Source: Nitrosopumilus sp.
Lineage (GTDB): Archaea; Thermoproteota; Nitrososphaeria; Nitrososphaerales; Nitrosopumilaceae
Direction: 5' to 3'
Assembly: GCA_028343855.1 (NCBI GenBank)
Contig: JAOLZN010000001.1
Location: 27,559-91,558, forward strand
DNA length: 64,000 bases
The translations under genes were made by a program, and so were the position numbers. Below, piece after piece: positions 20,434 through 29,422 of this stretch (within the stretch, counting starts at the first letter, position 1; each line of letters begins with the position of its first letter). The notes under the pieces were generated by a model that saw only the letters and a list, made by a program, of their open reading frames with translations, was not told where the DNA came from and did no database searches.

Positions 20434-21846
20434 ATGAATAAGAAAGTTAGTATGCTCTTCACAATTGCAGCAGTAGCTGTAATGGGAGCAACCTTATTCG
20501 GAAGCACATACACAAATACCCAAATTAGTGGACAAGGCCTCGACATCAACAAAATGGATGTTGACGTACTTGAACAAATCCACCAAATGGGCGGTTTACA
20601 ACTTGTAATGCCTCAAGCATTTGCAGAGACTGATTGTGGTGCACTTGCAGATACTGGACGAACTGTCGTCGAGTTTAATCTAACTGGTGAAAGTGTCGAA
20701 CTTCCAATTATGGGAGGAAAAACTTACAACGCCATGACCTTTAATGGACAGGTCCCAGGACCAACATTAAGAGTTACACAAGGTGACGTTGTACAAATGA
20801 CACTAGTTATTCCAGCAGATGAAGTAACCGGTCACGGTAACGATATGCACGCATCACAAATGTCAGCAACATACTTTGATTCTGTTAACCCAGGAGAGAC
20901 AAGTCAATATTGCTACATTGCTGAATCAGCTGGTGTCTTCAAATACCATTGTTCTGGTGTTCACTTAGCAGGTATGGATCAACACGTTCTTTCCGGCATG
21001 TACGGAATTGCAATCGTTGACCCAGCTAACGGATACAAGAAATTAATGGTAGAGAAAACTAGCGGCAGCGGTGAATTAGACAGAGTCTTCTACGATGCAG
21101 ACGCACTCGAGTTCACACTCCAATACAATCAATTGTACCTTACCGCAGATGGTAACTATGATGCCGGCGCAATGTTTGGCCATCAAAACACCGCAACTGT
21201 AGTTAACGGAATGCAATTCGGTTATGTACCAAACATGGCTCACAATCTACTCGTAATGGGTGATACTGAGAAAAACATCTTTGTTGCACAACCATGGAAT
21301 GGACTTGAACACAAGCAATACCAATCACAACTCTTGTTTGTTGAAAATGATCAACACGTGAGACTCTTTATTGAAAACCAAGGTAACGAACCAGTTTTCT
21401 TCCACATCGTGGGTGAAATCTTGGATAGAGTTGTCCAAGGCAATAGAGTACAATCCGCAGCAACTGAAACATGGATGCTCGGTGGCTCACAAAACATGAT
21501 TGTTGATTTGGTCTTTGACGAACCAGGTGTATATGCAGCAGTAAACCATGATTATGCAGCAATTTACACTGGTGCAGCAACAATCTTTGTTGCAGGTGAT
21601 CCATTTGGCTTGAACCCAGTTCTCGTCGATGCAGGAATCTTAGAAGCCCCAGTGCCATCTTATGCATATGCATTAGGTAACCCAAGCAGTGCAGTTCCTC
21701 CAGTAGGAGTTAACAGTATTGCTCACCCTGCAATTAACATTCATGGTTTAATGACTGATGAAGTCGCTTCTGAAATGAAAGACAATGGTGTAATTCCACT
21801 CTGGGAAGTAATTCCTGTAGTAGCTGGAATCCTTACCGGTCAATAA
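20434..21846 (+). CDS. nirK: Copper-containing nitrite reductase (AOA-type NirK)
   Basis: HGNDMH, KYHCSG...HVLSGM, FHIVG, VNHD supply the type-1 and type-2 Cu ligands; N-terminal signal/anchor; codon usage of a highly expressed gene. Confidence 0.95.
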   Translation: MNKKVSMLFTIAAVAVMGATLFGSTYTNTQISGQGLDINKMDVDVLEQIHQMGGLQLVMPQAFAETDCGALADTGRTVVEFNLTGESVELPIMGGKTYNAMTFNGQVPGPTLRVTQGDVVQMTLVIPADEVTGHGNDMHASQMSATYFDSVNPGETSQYCYIAESAGVFKYHCSGVHLAGMDQHVLSGMYGIAIVDPANGYKKLMVEKTSGSGELDRVFYDADALEFTLQYNQLYLTADGNYDAGAMFGHQNTATVVNGMQFGYVPNMAHNLLVMGDTEKNIFVAQPWNGLEHKQYQSQLLFVENDQHVRLFIENQGNEPVFFHIVGEILDRVVQGNRVQSAATETWMLGGSQNMIVDLVFDEPGVYAAVNHDYAAIYTGAATIFVAGDPFGLNPVLVDAGILEAPVPSYAYALGNPSSAVPPVGVNSIAHPAINIHGLMTDEVASEMKDNGVIPLWEVIPVVAGILTGQ

Positions 21847-21913
21847 TAACAATATTTTTTCATTTTTTTGATTTTTTTAATGAATTATATGCCGCATTTC
21901 ATTTTGGATTTTA

Positions 21914-22846
21914 TTGAGTTTTGAAGATTCTGTACTTATCTGTGATGAAGTAGATCCTGTATTAACAAAAATTTTGACAGACAATGGTCTAAAGATTTCT
22001 TATGAACCTGAAATTACCCCTGAACAAATTTTAGAAAAAATTTCTAATTTTAATATTATAATTGTTAGAAGTAGAACCACAATAACAAAAGAAATGATTA
22101 ACAAAGCTGATAATTGTAAAATAATTGCACGTGTTGGTGTTGGATTAGATAATGTTGATCAAGAAGCTGCTAAAGCAAAAAACATTCGTGTAATTAATGC
22201 TGTAGAAGGTGCAATGAATGCAGTTGCTGAATTAGTTTTAGGTTTAATGTTATCTTTGGCAAGACAAACTGCTAGAGGTGATAGGGCAATACGTGATGGG
22301 AAATGGCTTAAAAAAGAACTAAAGGGTACTGAACTTCGTGGAAAATATTTAGGAATTATTGGTCTTGGAAATATTGGAAAAAGATTAGCTAGACTAGCAC
22401 GTGCACTTAACATGAATATTATTGGATATGATGTAATGCCAATTGATGAAGAATTTGCAAAAGAAGTTGGTTTGATGAAAGCTGATTTGAATACCTTATT
22501 ACAAAGTTCTGATTATATTTCAATTCATGTGCCATTATTGGATTCCACTTACCATCTTTTAGATGCACAAAAAATGTCTACAATGAAAAAGACTGCAAAA
22601 ATCATCAATACTTCTAGAGGTGGTGTTGTTGACGAAGAAGCATTGTATGATGCCATCAAAAATGGAACATTGGGTGGCGCTGCATTAGATGTATTTGAAA
22701 AAGAACCTGCTACTGGTAATAAATTGGCAGAACTTGATAACGTAATTTTAACTCCTCATATTGGCGCTCAAACAAAAGAGGCACAATCCTTAGCTGCAAA
22801 TGTAATTGGCGAGAAAATTATTCAGATTCTTCGTGGTGTTATTTAG
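21914..22846 (+). CDS. serA: D-3-phosphoglycerate dehydrogenase / D-2-hydroxyacid dehydrogenase
   Basis: RVGVGLDNVD, GIIGLGNIG, INTSRGG, TPHIGAQT. Confidence 0.85.
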   Translation: MSFEDSVLICDEVDPVLTKILTDNGLKISYEPEITPEQILEKISNFNIIIVRSRTTITKEMINKADNCKIIARVGVGLDNVDQEAAKAKNIRVINAVEGAMNAVAELVLGLMLSLARQTARGDRAIRDGKWLKKELKGTELRGKYLGIIGLGNIGKRLARLARALNMNIIGYDVMPIDEEFAKEVGLMKADLNTLLQSSDYISIHVPLLDSTYHLLDAQKMSTMKKTAKIINTSRGGVVDEEALYDAIKNGTLGGAALDVFEKEPATGNKLAELDNVILTPHIGAQTKEAQSLAANVIGEKIIQILRGVI

Positions 22847-22957
22847 TTATTTTACTACTGTTTTCTGCCTAGATTTTAAAAATACTCAAAAAAATTGACT
22901 TGTAAGTGATTAATTATCGGTTCTTTGATTTTAACAGCTTTTCTGAGGTAAAAATTT

Positions 22958-24307
22958 GTGTTAGAAAATAAAAATATACGTAATTTAAAATCTGAAAATT
23001 CCTTACATTTTCCTAATGTCAATGCATTGATGAAAATATCTTTGGGGTTGATACTTTTTACAATACTTTCTACTGCTCTTGTTTATGCTGAATACAAACC
23101 TGTGGATAAAAATAATCTAACCGTGGTTATTGTTGAAAATGCATTTTTACCTGAATCCATAAGATATTTTGATAATACTATGATATCTACAAACCCTGGT
23201 GCTTCAGTAACTATTACAAATAATGATAGTGTATCTCATTCGTTTGTAAGTGGTGCTTCAAATACTAATGCTGTGGGAAAAATAAATTATGATGAATTTA
23301 CAATTTGTCAATTTGATCCAAATGCTACTTCAACATATTCAAATCAAAATGATACTACCGATTGTGATTTTACTAAAGATGATAGAATAATTACTGGTGA
23401 ACTATCTCCAGGGGAAACTATTTCTATATCTATATCTGAAATTGGAACTTATAGAATTATTGATGCTGATTATCCATGGATGGAGCTTTTAGTTTACAGT
23501 TTCCCAAATTCATCTAGTGATTCTGAAGTTACTGAATCAAAAGATACCTCCACATCTTCTATTACCTCATCTGTTCAAAATATTTCTGTAAATGTTGACA
23601 ATACTTCATTCAACGTTCCGTACACCACTACTGGAATGACTGTTACTGGAATTGAATCTGACACCGAATCTATGTCCTTGATATTTTCTGTAAATGTTGT
23701 TGATTCCACTGGAAAATTAGATGTAAAATTTGATCGTTCCTTTTTTGATTCTATTTACGCTGGTGTTGATTATTCTTTCTTTATTTTAGCTGATGGTGAT
23801 GAGACTATTTTTACAGAAACACAAACCACTTCTCAAAGCAGAACATTGAATATTGCTGTGCCTTCTGGAACTGAAGAATTAGAAGTAATTGGTTCAATTT
23901 TTCATTCATCTAAAGTAATTGAAACACCAGTTATTGAAACACCAGTTATTGAAACACCAGTTATTGAAACACCAGTTATTGAAACACCAGTTATTGAAAC
24001 ACCAGTTATTGAAACACCAGTTATTGAAACACCAGTTATTGAAAATTCCTCTACAAATCAGTGTGGACCTGGAACTGTTCTTGAAGGTGATTCATGTGTT
24101 ATTGATCAACGATGTGGACCTGGAACTGTTCTTGAAGGTGATTCATGTGTTATTGATTCCTCTACTCCCTCTGTCTCTACTCAATCCTCTACTTCTTCTG
24201 GAACTAGTAAGGAATTGATAATTAGTATCACTGCTGGATTTGTTATTGCTGGAATTGTTGGTATTATTCTAGCTTTAATTGCAAAAGCTAACAAAAATAA
24301 AAATTAG
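22958..24307 (+). CDS. Exported, membrane-anchored protein: degenerate cupredoxin domain, beta domain, VIETP repeats, Cys repeats
   Basis: Signal peptide, NNDSVSHSFVSG...DADYPWM, repeats, C-terminal TM with basic tail. Confidence 0.75.
   Translation: MLENKNIRNLKSENSLHFPNVNALMKISLGLILFTILSTALVYAEYKPVDKNNLTVVIVENAFLPESIRYFDNTMISTNPGASVTITNNDSVSHSFVSGASNTNAVGKINYDEFTICQFDPNATSTYSNQNDTTDCDFTKDDRIITGELSPGETISISISEIGTYRIIDADYPWMELLVYSFPNSSSDSEVTESKDTSTSSITSSVQNISVNVDNTSFNVPYTTTGMTVTGIESDTESMSLIFSVNVVDSTGKLDVKFDRSFFDSIYAGVDYSFFILADGDETIFTETQTTSQSRTLNIAVPSGTEELEVIGSIFHSSKVIETPVIETPVIETPVIETPVIETPVIETPVIETPVIETPVIENSSTNQCGPGTVLEGDSCVIDQRCGPGTVLEGDSCVIDSSTPSVSTQSSTSSGTSKELIISITAGFVIAGIVGIILALIAKANKNKN
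23915..24043 (+). repeat. 15-bp tandem repeat, 8 copies plus a partial, encoding VIETP
   Basis: gttattgaaacacca repeated. Confidence 0.97.
24062..24157 (+). repeat. 45-bp exact direct repeat (period 51 bp) encoding CGPGTVLEGDSCVID twice
   Basis: 24062-24106 is identical to 24113-24157. Confidence 0.95.
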
Positions 24308-24819
24308 TTACAAGATAATTCTTGATTCTTTAAAATTTGATCTAATTCAAATCCTGAAATTTGAATATTATGTGAATATGGGATTATCCCTGCAATTGGT
24401 GTATGGATGCTTACAACAACAATGAATTTGTTAGGATCTACTCTTACTTCTCCTCCATCAAATTCGTAATCTAATGTCATGAACATATGTTGAGTCGATT
24501 GAAAATCATCAGTTAAAAAAACTCCTTTTTTCATAATTGATGATTGGGAATCAACTGTCGTTGAGTCAATTTCAAATGTTCCGATACTTTTTGCATCATA
24601 AAATGATCCAATTTGAAATTTTTGAAAATTTACTGGATATGGCATTGGATTACAAAATTCTATGCTGCCGTTATTTGACATTGCAAAAAAAGAAAATCCT
24701 TCTGAACCACTCCATTTGTATTGTAATTGTTCTGCTCCAACTATGTTTATTCCAGAATATGCAAATGGTAAAATTATAACTAAAATTGCAATTGTGGTTA
24801 CAATTGAATATTTATTCAT
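24304..24819 (-). CDS. Hypothetical membrane-anchored exported protein
   Basis: 171-aa ORF with N-terminal TM segment. Confidence 0.7.
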   Translation of the reverse strand: MNKYSIVTTIAILVIILPFAYSGINIVGAEQLQYKWSGSEGFSFFAMSNNGSIEFCNPMPYPVNFQKFQIGSFYDAKSIGTFEIDSTTVDSQSSIMKKGVFLTDDFQSTQHMFMTLDYEFDGGEVRVDPNKFIVVVSIHTPIAGIIPYSHNIQISGFELDQILKNQELSCN

Positions 24820-25472
24820 ATTTCATTAATCCTATCCATTGAAAATGAGATAATTTCTTCATCTATTAGGTATTGAAGATTATTAACAAACATTTGATCT
24901 GATATTATGCCCATTACCCATCCTTTGCCTATACTTTTGACCCATTCTGGAATATTTAATTTGTCGATATTTTTTTCTGTTATTTCAAATGGAACATCTA
25001 TCAGTTTTTTATCTACAATATTTTGAAATCCGCTTATTAACATTCCATCTGTAAATTCCCCATTAATCCATCTAACAACTACTGGTTGCATTGCTTCAGA
25101 AATACACAAGTTATTTGAATCAACTAAATCAAATTCTAATATTGCTGTTGATCCTGAATATTCAATGTCTATGAAATATTTTCCAAGTGGGAAAATATCT
25201 TTTTCAAATGCATGTAAAGATGGAATTGGATTTGATAACTTTTCTATTGGAATTGGAATTGCACTACTTTTTCCTCCTGCACCATCTCTGATGTGAATTA
25301 TTGCAAGATCTCCTGTAACTTCAGAAACTTCGATGGAGTATACCAATCTTTCACAATATGTGTAAGTTGTTTTTTCCATTATAGCTGACACCTGCGGTTC
25401 AGCATATGCTGATGTTGAAATTCCTGTACTTCCGATTAATATCATGAAAATAATGATTTTTTTAGTTATCAT
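24816..25472 (-). CDS. Exported protein with thaumarchaeal IPxW...QYLI C-terminal domain
   Basis: Signal peptide; IPEWVKSIGKGWVMGIISDQMFVNNLQYLIDEEII matches a motif common in Nitrosopumilus secreted proteins (from memory). Confidence 0.7.
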   Translation of the reverse strand: MITKKIIIFMILIGSTGISTSAYAEPQVSAIMEKTTYTYCERLVYSIEVSEVTGDLAIIHIRDGAGGKSSAIPIPIEKLSNPIPSLHAFEKDIFPLGKYFIDIEYSGSTAILEFDLVDSNNLCISEAMQPVVVRWINGEFTDGMLISGFQNIVDKKLIDVPFEITEKNIDKLNIPEWVKSIGKGWVMGIISDQMFVNNLQYLIDEEIISFSMDRINEI

Positions 25473-25555
25473 AGTTTGAAATTTCTATTGATCAATAAAA
25501 ATCTGAAATTATACCTAGGAATCTTTTTTAATAACTTTATTGTATCTATTTCATA

Positions 25556-25643
25556 GCGTTTTCTGCGGAAGCACCTCTTTGAGTTGATGAATATTCATCA
25601 CTCAAAGAAATTTTAATCTTTGAGTGGTAACTAGGCATATTTT
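25556..25643 (+). other. Structured intergenic element: palindrome, alternative hairpin and segment antisense to the rpl15e start
   Basis: C(UGCG)G tetraloop hairpin; TCTTTGAG-T-TGATGAATATTCATCA-CTCAAAGA; alternative stem 25599-25608/25617-25626; 25625-25640 complementary to 25752-25767. Confidence 0.5.
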
Positions 25644-25753
25644 TGGTTCTTTTCTATGATTGATATTTTGTGTATTTCATGCTAAAATCTAATGATTATT
25701 GATTATCTTAATCTCTGAAATCAGTTATTATAGGGGCATTTTTTATTCTTGAT

Positions 25754-26209
25754 ATGCCTAGTTATCAGGATCAAACTTGGATTCGACTTTGGAAAGAGAA
25801 TGCACCAGAATTGCGTTCTAGGGTAATTGGATGGCGTAAACAAAATGCAATTACTCGTATTGATAAACCAAGTCGTTTAGAAAGAGCTAGAAGATTAGGT
25901 TACAAAGCAAAACAAGGTATTGTTGTTGTTAGAATGAGAGTTGGAACTGGAGGTATGAGAAAACAAAGACCTACTGGTGGTAGAAGACCAAAACATCTTG
26001 GTGTAACTCGAATTAAAGCTGATGATGATATGAAAACTGTTGCTGAAAGAAGAGTTCTTGAACGTTATCCAAATATGAAACTTTTAGGTTCTTACTATAT
26101 CTATAAAGATGGAAAACACTATTGGTTTGAAGTAATTTTAGCAGACCCATCACATCCTAGAATTGCACAAGATAAAGAATTAAACAGACGAGTACCACAA
26201 TCTGCATAA
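25754..26209 (+). CDS. rpl15e: 50S ribosomal protein L15e
   Basis: ARRLGYKAKQG, RRPKHLG, VAERR..ERYPN, WFEVILAD. Confidence 0.96.
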   Translation: MPSYQDQTWIRLWKENAPELRSRVIGWRKQNAITRIDKPSRLERARRLGYKAKQGIVVVRMRVGTGGMRKQRPTGGRRPKHLGVTRIKADDDMKTVAERRVLERYPNMKLLGSYYIYKDGKHYWFEVILADPSHPRIAQDKELNRRVPQSA

Positions 26210-26211
26210 GA

Positions 26212-26781
26212 TTGAAATCAATTCTATTCCTTACAATTGTATTATTTTTTGTAATTTCACCTACACATGCACAATTACCTTTATCTGATGCAACTGGATT
26301 CATAAACCGACTTAATATTCAAACTTCTGGACAAGTTTTTGAAATAAAATTAGTTTCCAATTTTGATTTAACTGATTATCGTTTTGAAAAAGATCAAAAA
26401 CAATTAATTTTGTATCTTGATAGTGGGTTAGAAAATAATTTAGGTGAAATTATTGTTCCTAAAAATCTCTTAACTGGTAATTTTACATTCTATCTCAATG
26501 ATCAGGAATTTTTTCCAAAAATACAATCTAATGATAAAATTAATTTTATTACTTTGAACTTTACTGGTTTGGGAACTAATGTTGTTAAAATTAGTAGTAC
26601 TGAATATTTGTCTGGTTTAGATGAAATTATTCAAATTGATGATGATATTCCTGTAGAACCATTTTATGATACTTACATTGCTGAAAATTCTTTTGATAAT
26701 TATTTGATGTGGATTATTGTGGGTGGAGTTGCAATTATTGTTGTTTTTACTGTAATGAAATTTGTTAAAAATAAGAATTAA
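26212..26781 (+). CDS. Exported hypothetical protein with C-terminal TM anchor
   Basis: Signal peptide, beta-rich domain, TM plus KFVKNKN tail. Confidence 0.7.
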   Translation: MKSILFLTIVLFFVISPTHAQLPLSDATGFINRLNIQTSGQVFEIKLVSNFDLTDYRFEKDQKQLILYLDSGLENNLGEIIVPKNLLTGNFTFYLNDQEFFPKIQSNDKINFITLNFTGLGTNVVKISSTEYLSGLDEIIQIDDDIPVEPFYDTYIAENSFDNYLMWIIVGGVAIIVVFTVMKFVKNKN

Positions 26782-26782
26782 T

Positions 26783-27448
26783 TTAATCCTCACTGAGTAA
26801 TTTTTGAATCATTCCATCAATGTGACCTGTTTGACCAAATGATACGTCTCTTAGAATCCCTTTTCTATCCACTAAAATTGCTGACGGTGTACCTTGTAGT
26901 GAAAAATTTTCAAATGTTTCAGCAGAAAATTCTTTTGATTTCATATGGTCTTTTACTCTTTGAATTATTTGATTTCTATATTCTTCTGGCTGTGAATCAA
27001 ATTCTGGAATTTGAGGATAAATAAACTCCAATATTTTTTCTTGAGTTATCTCACCTGCACTTTTTGTTAAATTATCCATTCCTACCGGGAATGGAATTTT
27101 AAAGGATAACTTACTTCCTTCTTGCAATTGACCATATTGTGCCAATGCGCTTTTTGTTTCACCTACAACTTCACCTGTTTCTAACAGCATTTTCAAATTA
27201 TCTAAATTATTTTTATCAAAATCTTCAAATGCTGTTGCAAGCCCCAGCACTCTTACTCCTTCGTCTTTATATTTTTCATAAATTTTAATTGCATCTGGAA
27301 TTGCACCCATAAAACATCCTGGACAATTTACTTGAAATACTTCTAACAATACAATGTGATCTTTTTCTTGATCAAAATTTGTTGGAGCCCCTTGCACCCA
27401 TTCTGAAACTCCAAAATTTGGTACTTTTTCACCTATTTTGACTCCCAT
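26783..27448 (-). CDS. Thioredoxin-fold (TlpA/Prx-like) thiol oxidoreductase
   Basis: FQVNCPGC active site; GTPSAILVDRKG. Confidence 0.8.
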   Translation of the reverse strand: MGVKIGEKVPNFGVSEWVQGAPTNFDQEKDHIVLLEVFQVNCPGCFMGAIPDAIKIYEKYKDEGVRVLGLATAFEDFDKNNLDNLKMLLETGEVVGETKSALAQYGQLQEGSKLSFKIPFPVGMDNLTKSAGEITQEKILEFIYPQIPEFDSQPEEYRNQIIQRVKDHMKSKEFSAETFENFSLQGTPSAILVDRKGILRDVSFGQTGHIDGMIQKLLSED

Positions 27449-27545
27449 ATTGTTAAGATATTTTTTTACGATAAATACATACCTCTACAAACTTTTATTT
27501 TTTTTTAAGTAAGCTAATATAGAACACAGAAATTTTCCAAGTGAA

Positions 27546-28034
27546 TTGGAATCTGTACCTAGTGAAAGATTATCTCTTTTTGCGGAGATGGAATCAAAAT
27601 ATGAAAATAATGATACAGAGTATTTTGTGTCACTTTTGAATCACTCTGATTATGTAGTGAGAACTAGAGCCACTTGTATTTTAGTTGATTTTGGTGGTGA
27701 AGATAAAATTCCACACATTGCCCAAGTTTTAAAAAATGATGATAATGAATTGGTTAGACATGAGGCTGCTTTTTCTTTGGGACAAATGTCCTACTCTTCT
27801 GCTATTCCTCCACTAATTGATTCAACTCTAAATGATCCTAGCATGTTTGTGCGCCACGAGGCTGCAATTGCTTTAGGTGTAGTTGGAAATAAGGAAGCGA
27901 AAGAAACTTTACAAAAAGCATTAAACGATCCAGATAAACCCGTAGTAGAATCTGCTGTTGTTGCATTATCAAATATTGAATTTATGGAAACTTTAAGTAA
28001 GAATGAAAAATTTGCTAAATTAACAGGTGGATGA
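27546..28034 (+). CDS. HEAT-repeat protein with two His-Glu motifs, resembling half of deoxyhypusine hydroxylase
   Basis: LVRHEAAFSLGQM and FVRHEAAIALG, with H72 and H104 32 residues apart. Confidence 0.75.
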   Translation: MESVPSERLSLFAEMESKYENNDTEYFVSLLNHSDYVVRTRATCILVDFGGEDKIPHIAQVLKNDDNELVRHEAAFSLGQMSYSSAIPPLIDSTLNDPSMFVRHEAAIALGVVGNKEAKETLQKALNDPDKPVVESAVVALSNIEFMETLSKNEKFAKLTGG

Positions 28035-28836
28035 GATGAATCTTACATATGGTGTAATTACAGTTGTTGGAGTTTTAGTTGCAATATCTTTAGCTCTAAT
28101 TGTTACTGATCCAAATGAAACACCCGAATCTCGTGAACTTGCAATTTCTGAAAATAATATTGCTCAAATTGAAGAAGACCTAACTAAACTTTCAGTTAAT
28201 CCTAGTTTGTTAACTAGTACTAGTAATGTCGGTGATTCCCTAATATTTGAAGTTGAATTTATGGATGATGATGGCAATATTGTTGATCATGTAAATTATG
28301 ATGTCTTTGCAACTCAAAATTCAAATTCGATTCTTTCAGATTCTGCAGCACATCGTCATCCTGGAAAATATCCTATACATGAAAGTATTACATTAAAAGA
28401 TTCTTTAATTGAAATTCAAGTTATTGTACAAGGCCTTGGACATGGTGATGACATTTATGGTCCTAAAGGTATTGAAACTACTTTTAGTTTAACTCCTGCA
28501 GTTTCTGCACAAACTGCAACTAGTACTGAAATTAAAACTGCAGATAATTCTGGTATGAGTATGGATTGTCAGGCATCATTAGATTGCTACACTCCTAGTA
28601 TTGTTACAGTAAGTGTGGGTGATGTAGTAACTATGATTAATTCTGATTCTACTGCAGCCATGCATTCATTTACTGCCGGTACCGTTGATGGATTTACTCC
28701 TTCCCCAAGTGGAACATTTGATACTGGTATAATGAGTGCAAATGATACTTTTGAATGGACTCCAGAAACTTCTGGCGAAGTGCCATACTATTGTTTACTC
28801 CACACTTGGATGCAAGGAACAATTATCGTAGAGTAA
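28027..28836 (+). CDS. Membrane-anchored blue (type-1) copper protein with His-rich middle domain
   Basis: MHSFTAG...YYCLLHTWMQG ligand loop; N-terminal TM; start overlaps the upstream stop. Confidence 0.85.
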   Translation: MDEMNLTYGVITVVGVLVAISLALIVTDPNETPESRELAISENNIAQIEEDLTKLSVNPSLLTSTSNVGDSLIFEVEFMDDDGNIVDHVNYDVFATQNSNSILSDSAAHRHPGKYPIHESITLKDSLIEIQVIVQGLGHGDDIYGPKGIETTFSLTPAVSAQTATSTEIKTADNSGMSMDCQASLDCYTPSIVTVSVGDVVTMINSDSTAAMHSFTAGTVDGFTPSPSGTFDTGIMSANDTFEWTPETSGEVPYYCLLHTWMQGTIIVE

Positions 28837-28876
28837 TTTTTTACACATTTAATACTTAAAATTTATTTTATAATTT

Positions 28877-29422
28877 ATGACAACTGCAGTTAGTAATTCT
28901 CCCAAATTTCCTTGTGTTGACTGTCATACTGACTGTTGTAAAGAGTACACTATTTTTGTAAATGCTCATGATGTTTATCGCCTTTCAAATGGTTTGAATC
29001 TAAAACCCGAACTATTTTTACAATTAGTTGGCGCAAAAGATTATTCTCTTGGAATTAAAGTTGAAGAGGGTTTGGTAGACCTTGCTTTGAAACAAGAAAA
29101 TAATGCATGTGAATTTCTTGAAGAAACTGATGAAGTTTTTAGATGTACAGTTAATGATTTCAAACCAGGCGTGTGCAAATCATATCCATTTGAAATGAAA
29201 AATGGTGAATTATCTCAAATGAATGATATCATGTGCCCTACTGATTGGGATCTTACTGGCTTTAAAGAAATGATGGTACCTCATTTACAAAAAGATGAAT
29301 CTGAATGGAAGTTTTATGATCAACTAGTAAAGGAATGGAATTCAAAACATGAGGGGGAATCATTATCTGTATTTCTAAAATTTATGTTAAATCAAGTCAA
29401 ATTATCTCTTAAAGTGCAATAA
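28877..29422 (+). CDS. YkgJ-family cysteine-cluster (Zn/Fe-chelating) protein
   Basis: CVDCHTDCC, ACEFL, CTVNDFKPGVCKSYPF. Confidence 0.85.
   Translation: MTTAVSNSPKFPCVDCHTDCCKEYTIFVNAHDVYRLSNGLNLKPELFLQLVGAKDYSLGIKVEEGLVDLALKQENNACEFLEETDEVFRCTVNDFKPGVCKSYPFEMKNGELSQMNDIMCPTDWDLTGFKEMMVPHLQKDESEWKFYDQLVKEWNSKHEGESLSVFLKFMLNQVKLSLKVQ

Noticed and set aside
21368-21685. 105-aa antisense ORF inside nirK
   Set aside because: Shadow ORF caused by the strong codon bias of nirK; no recognisable motifs.
23915-24157. Tandem repeats as a possible CRISPR array
   Set aside because: Repeats are contiguous and in frame, with no unique spacers and no cas genes.
23919-24218. ORF with (KHQLL)n repeats
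   Set aside because: Alternative reading frame of the VIETP repeat inside a real gene.
25550-25602. Minus-strand GTGATGA as box C of a second C/D sRNA
   Set aside because: No convincing D'/C' boxes or terminal stem; better explained as part of the palindrome.
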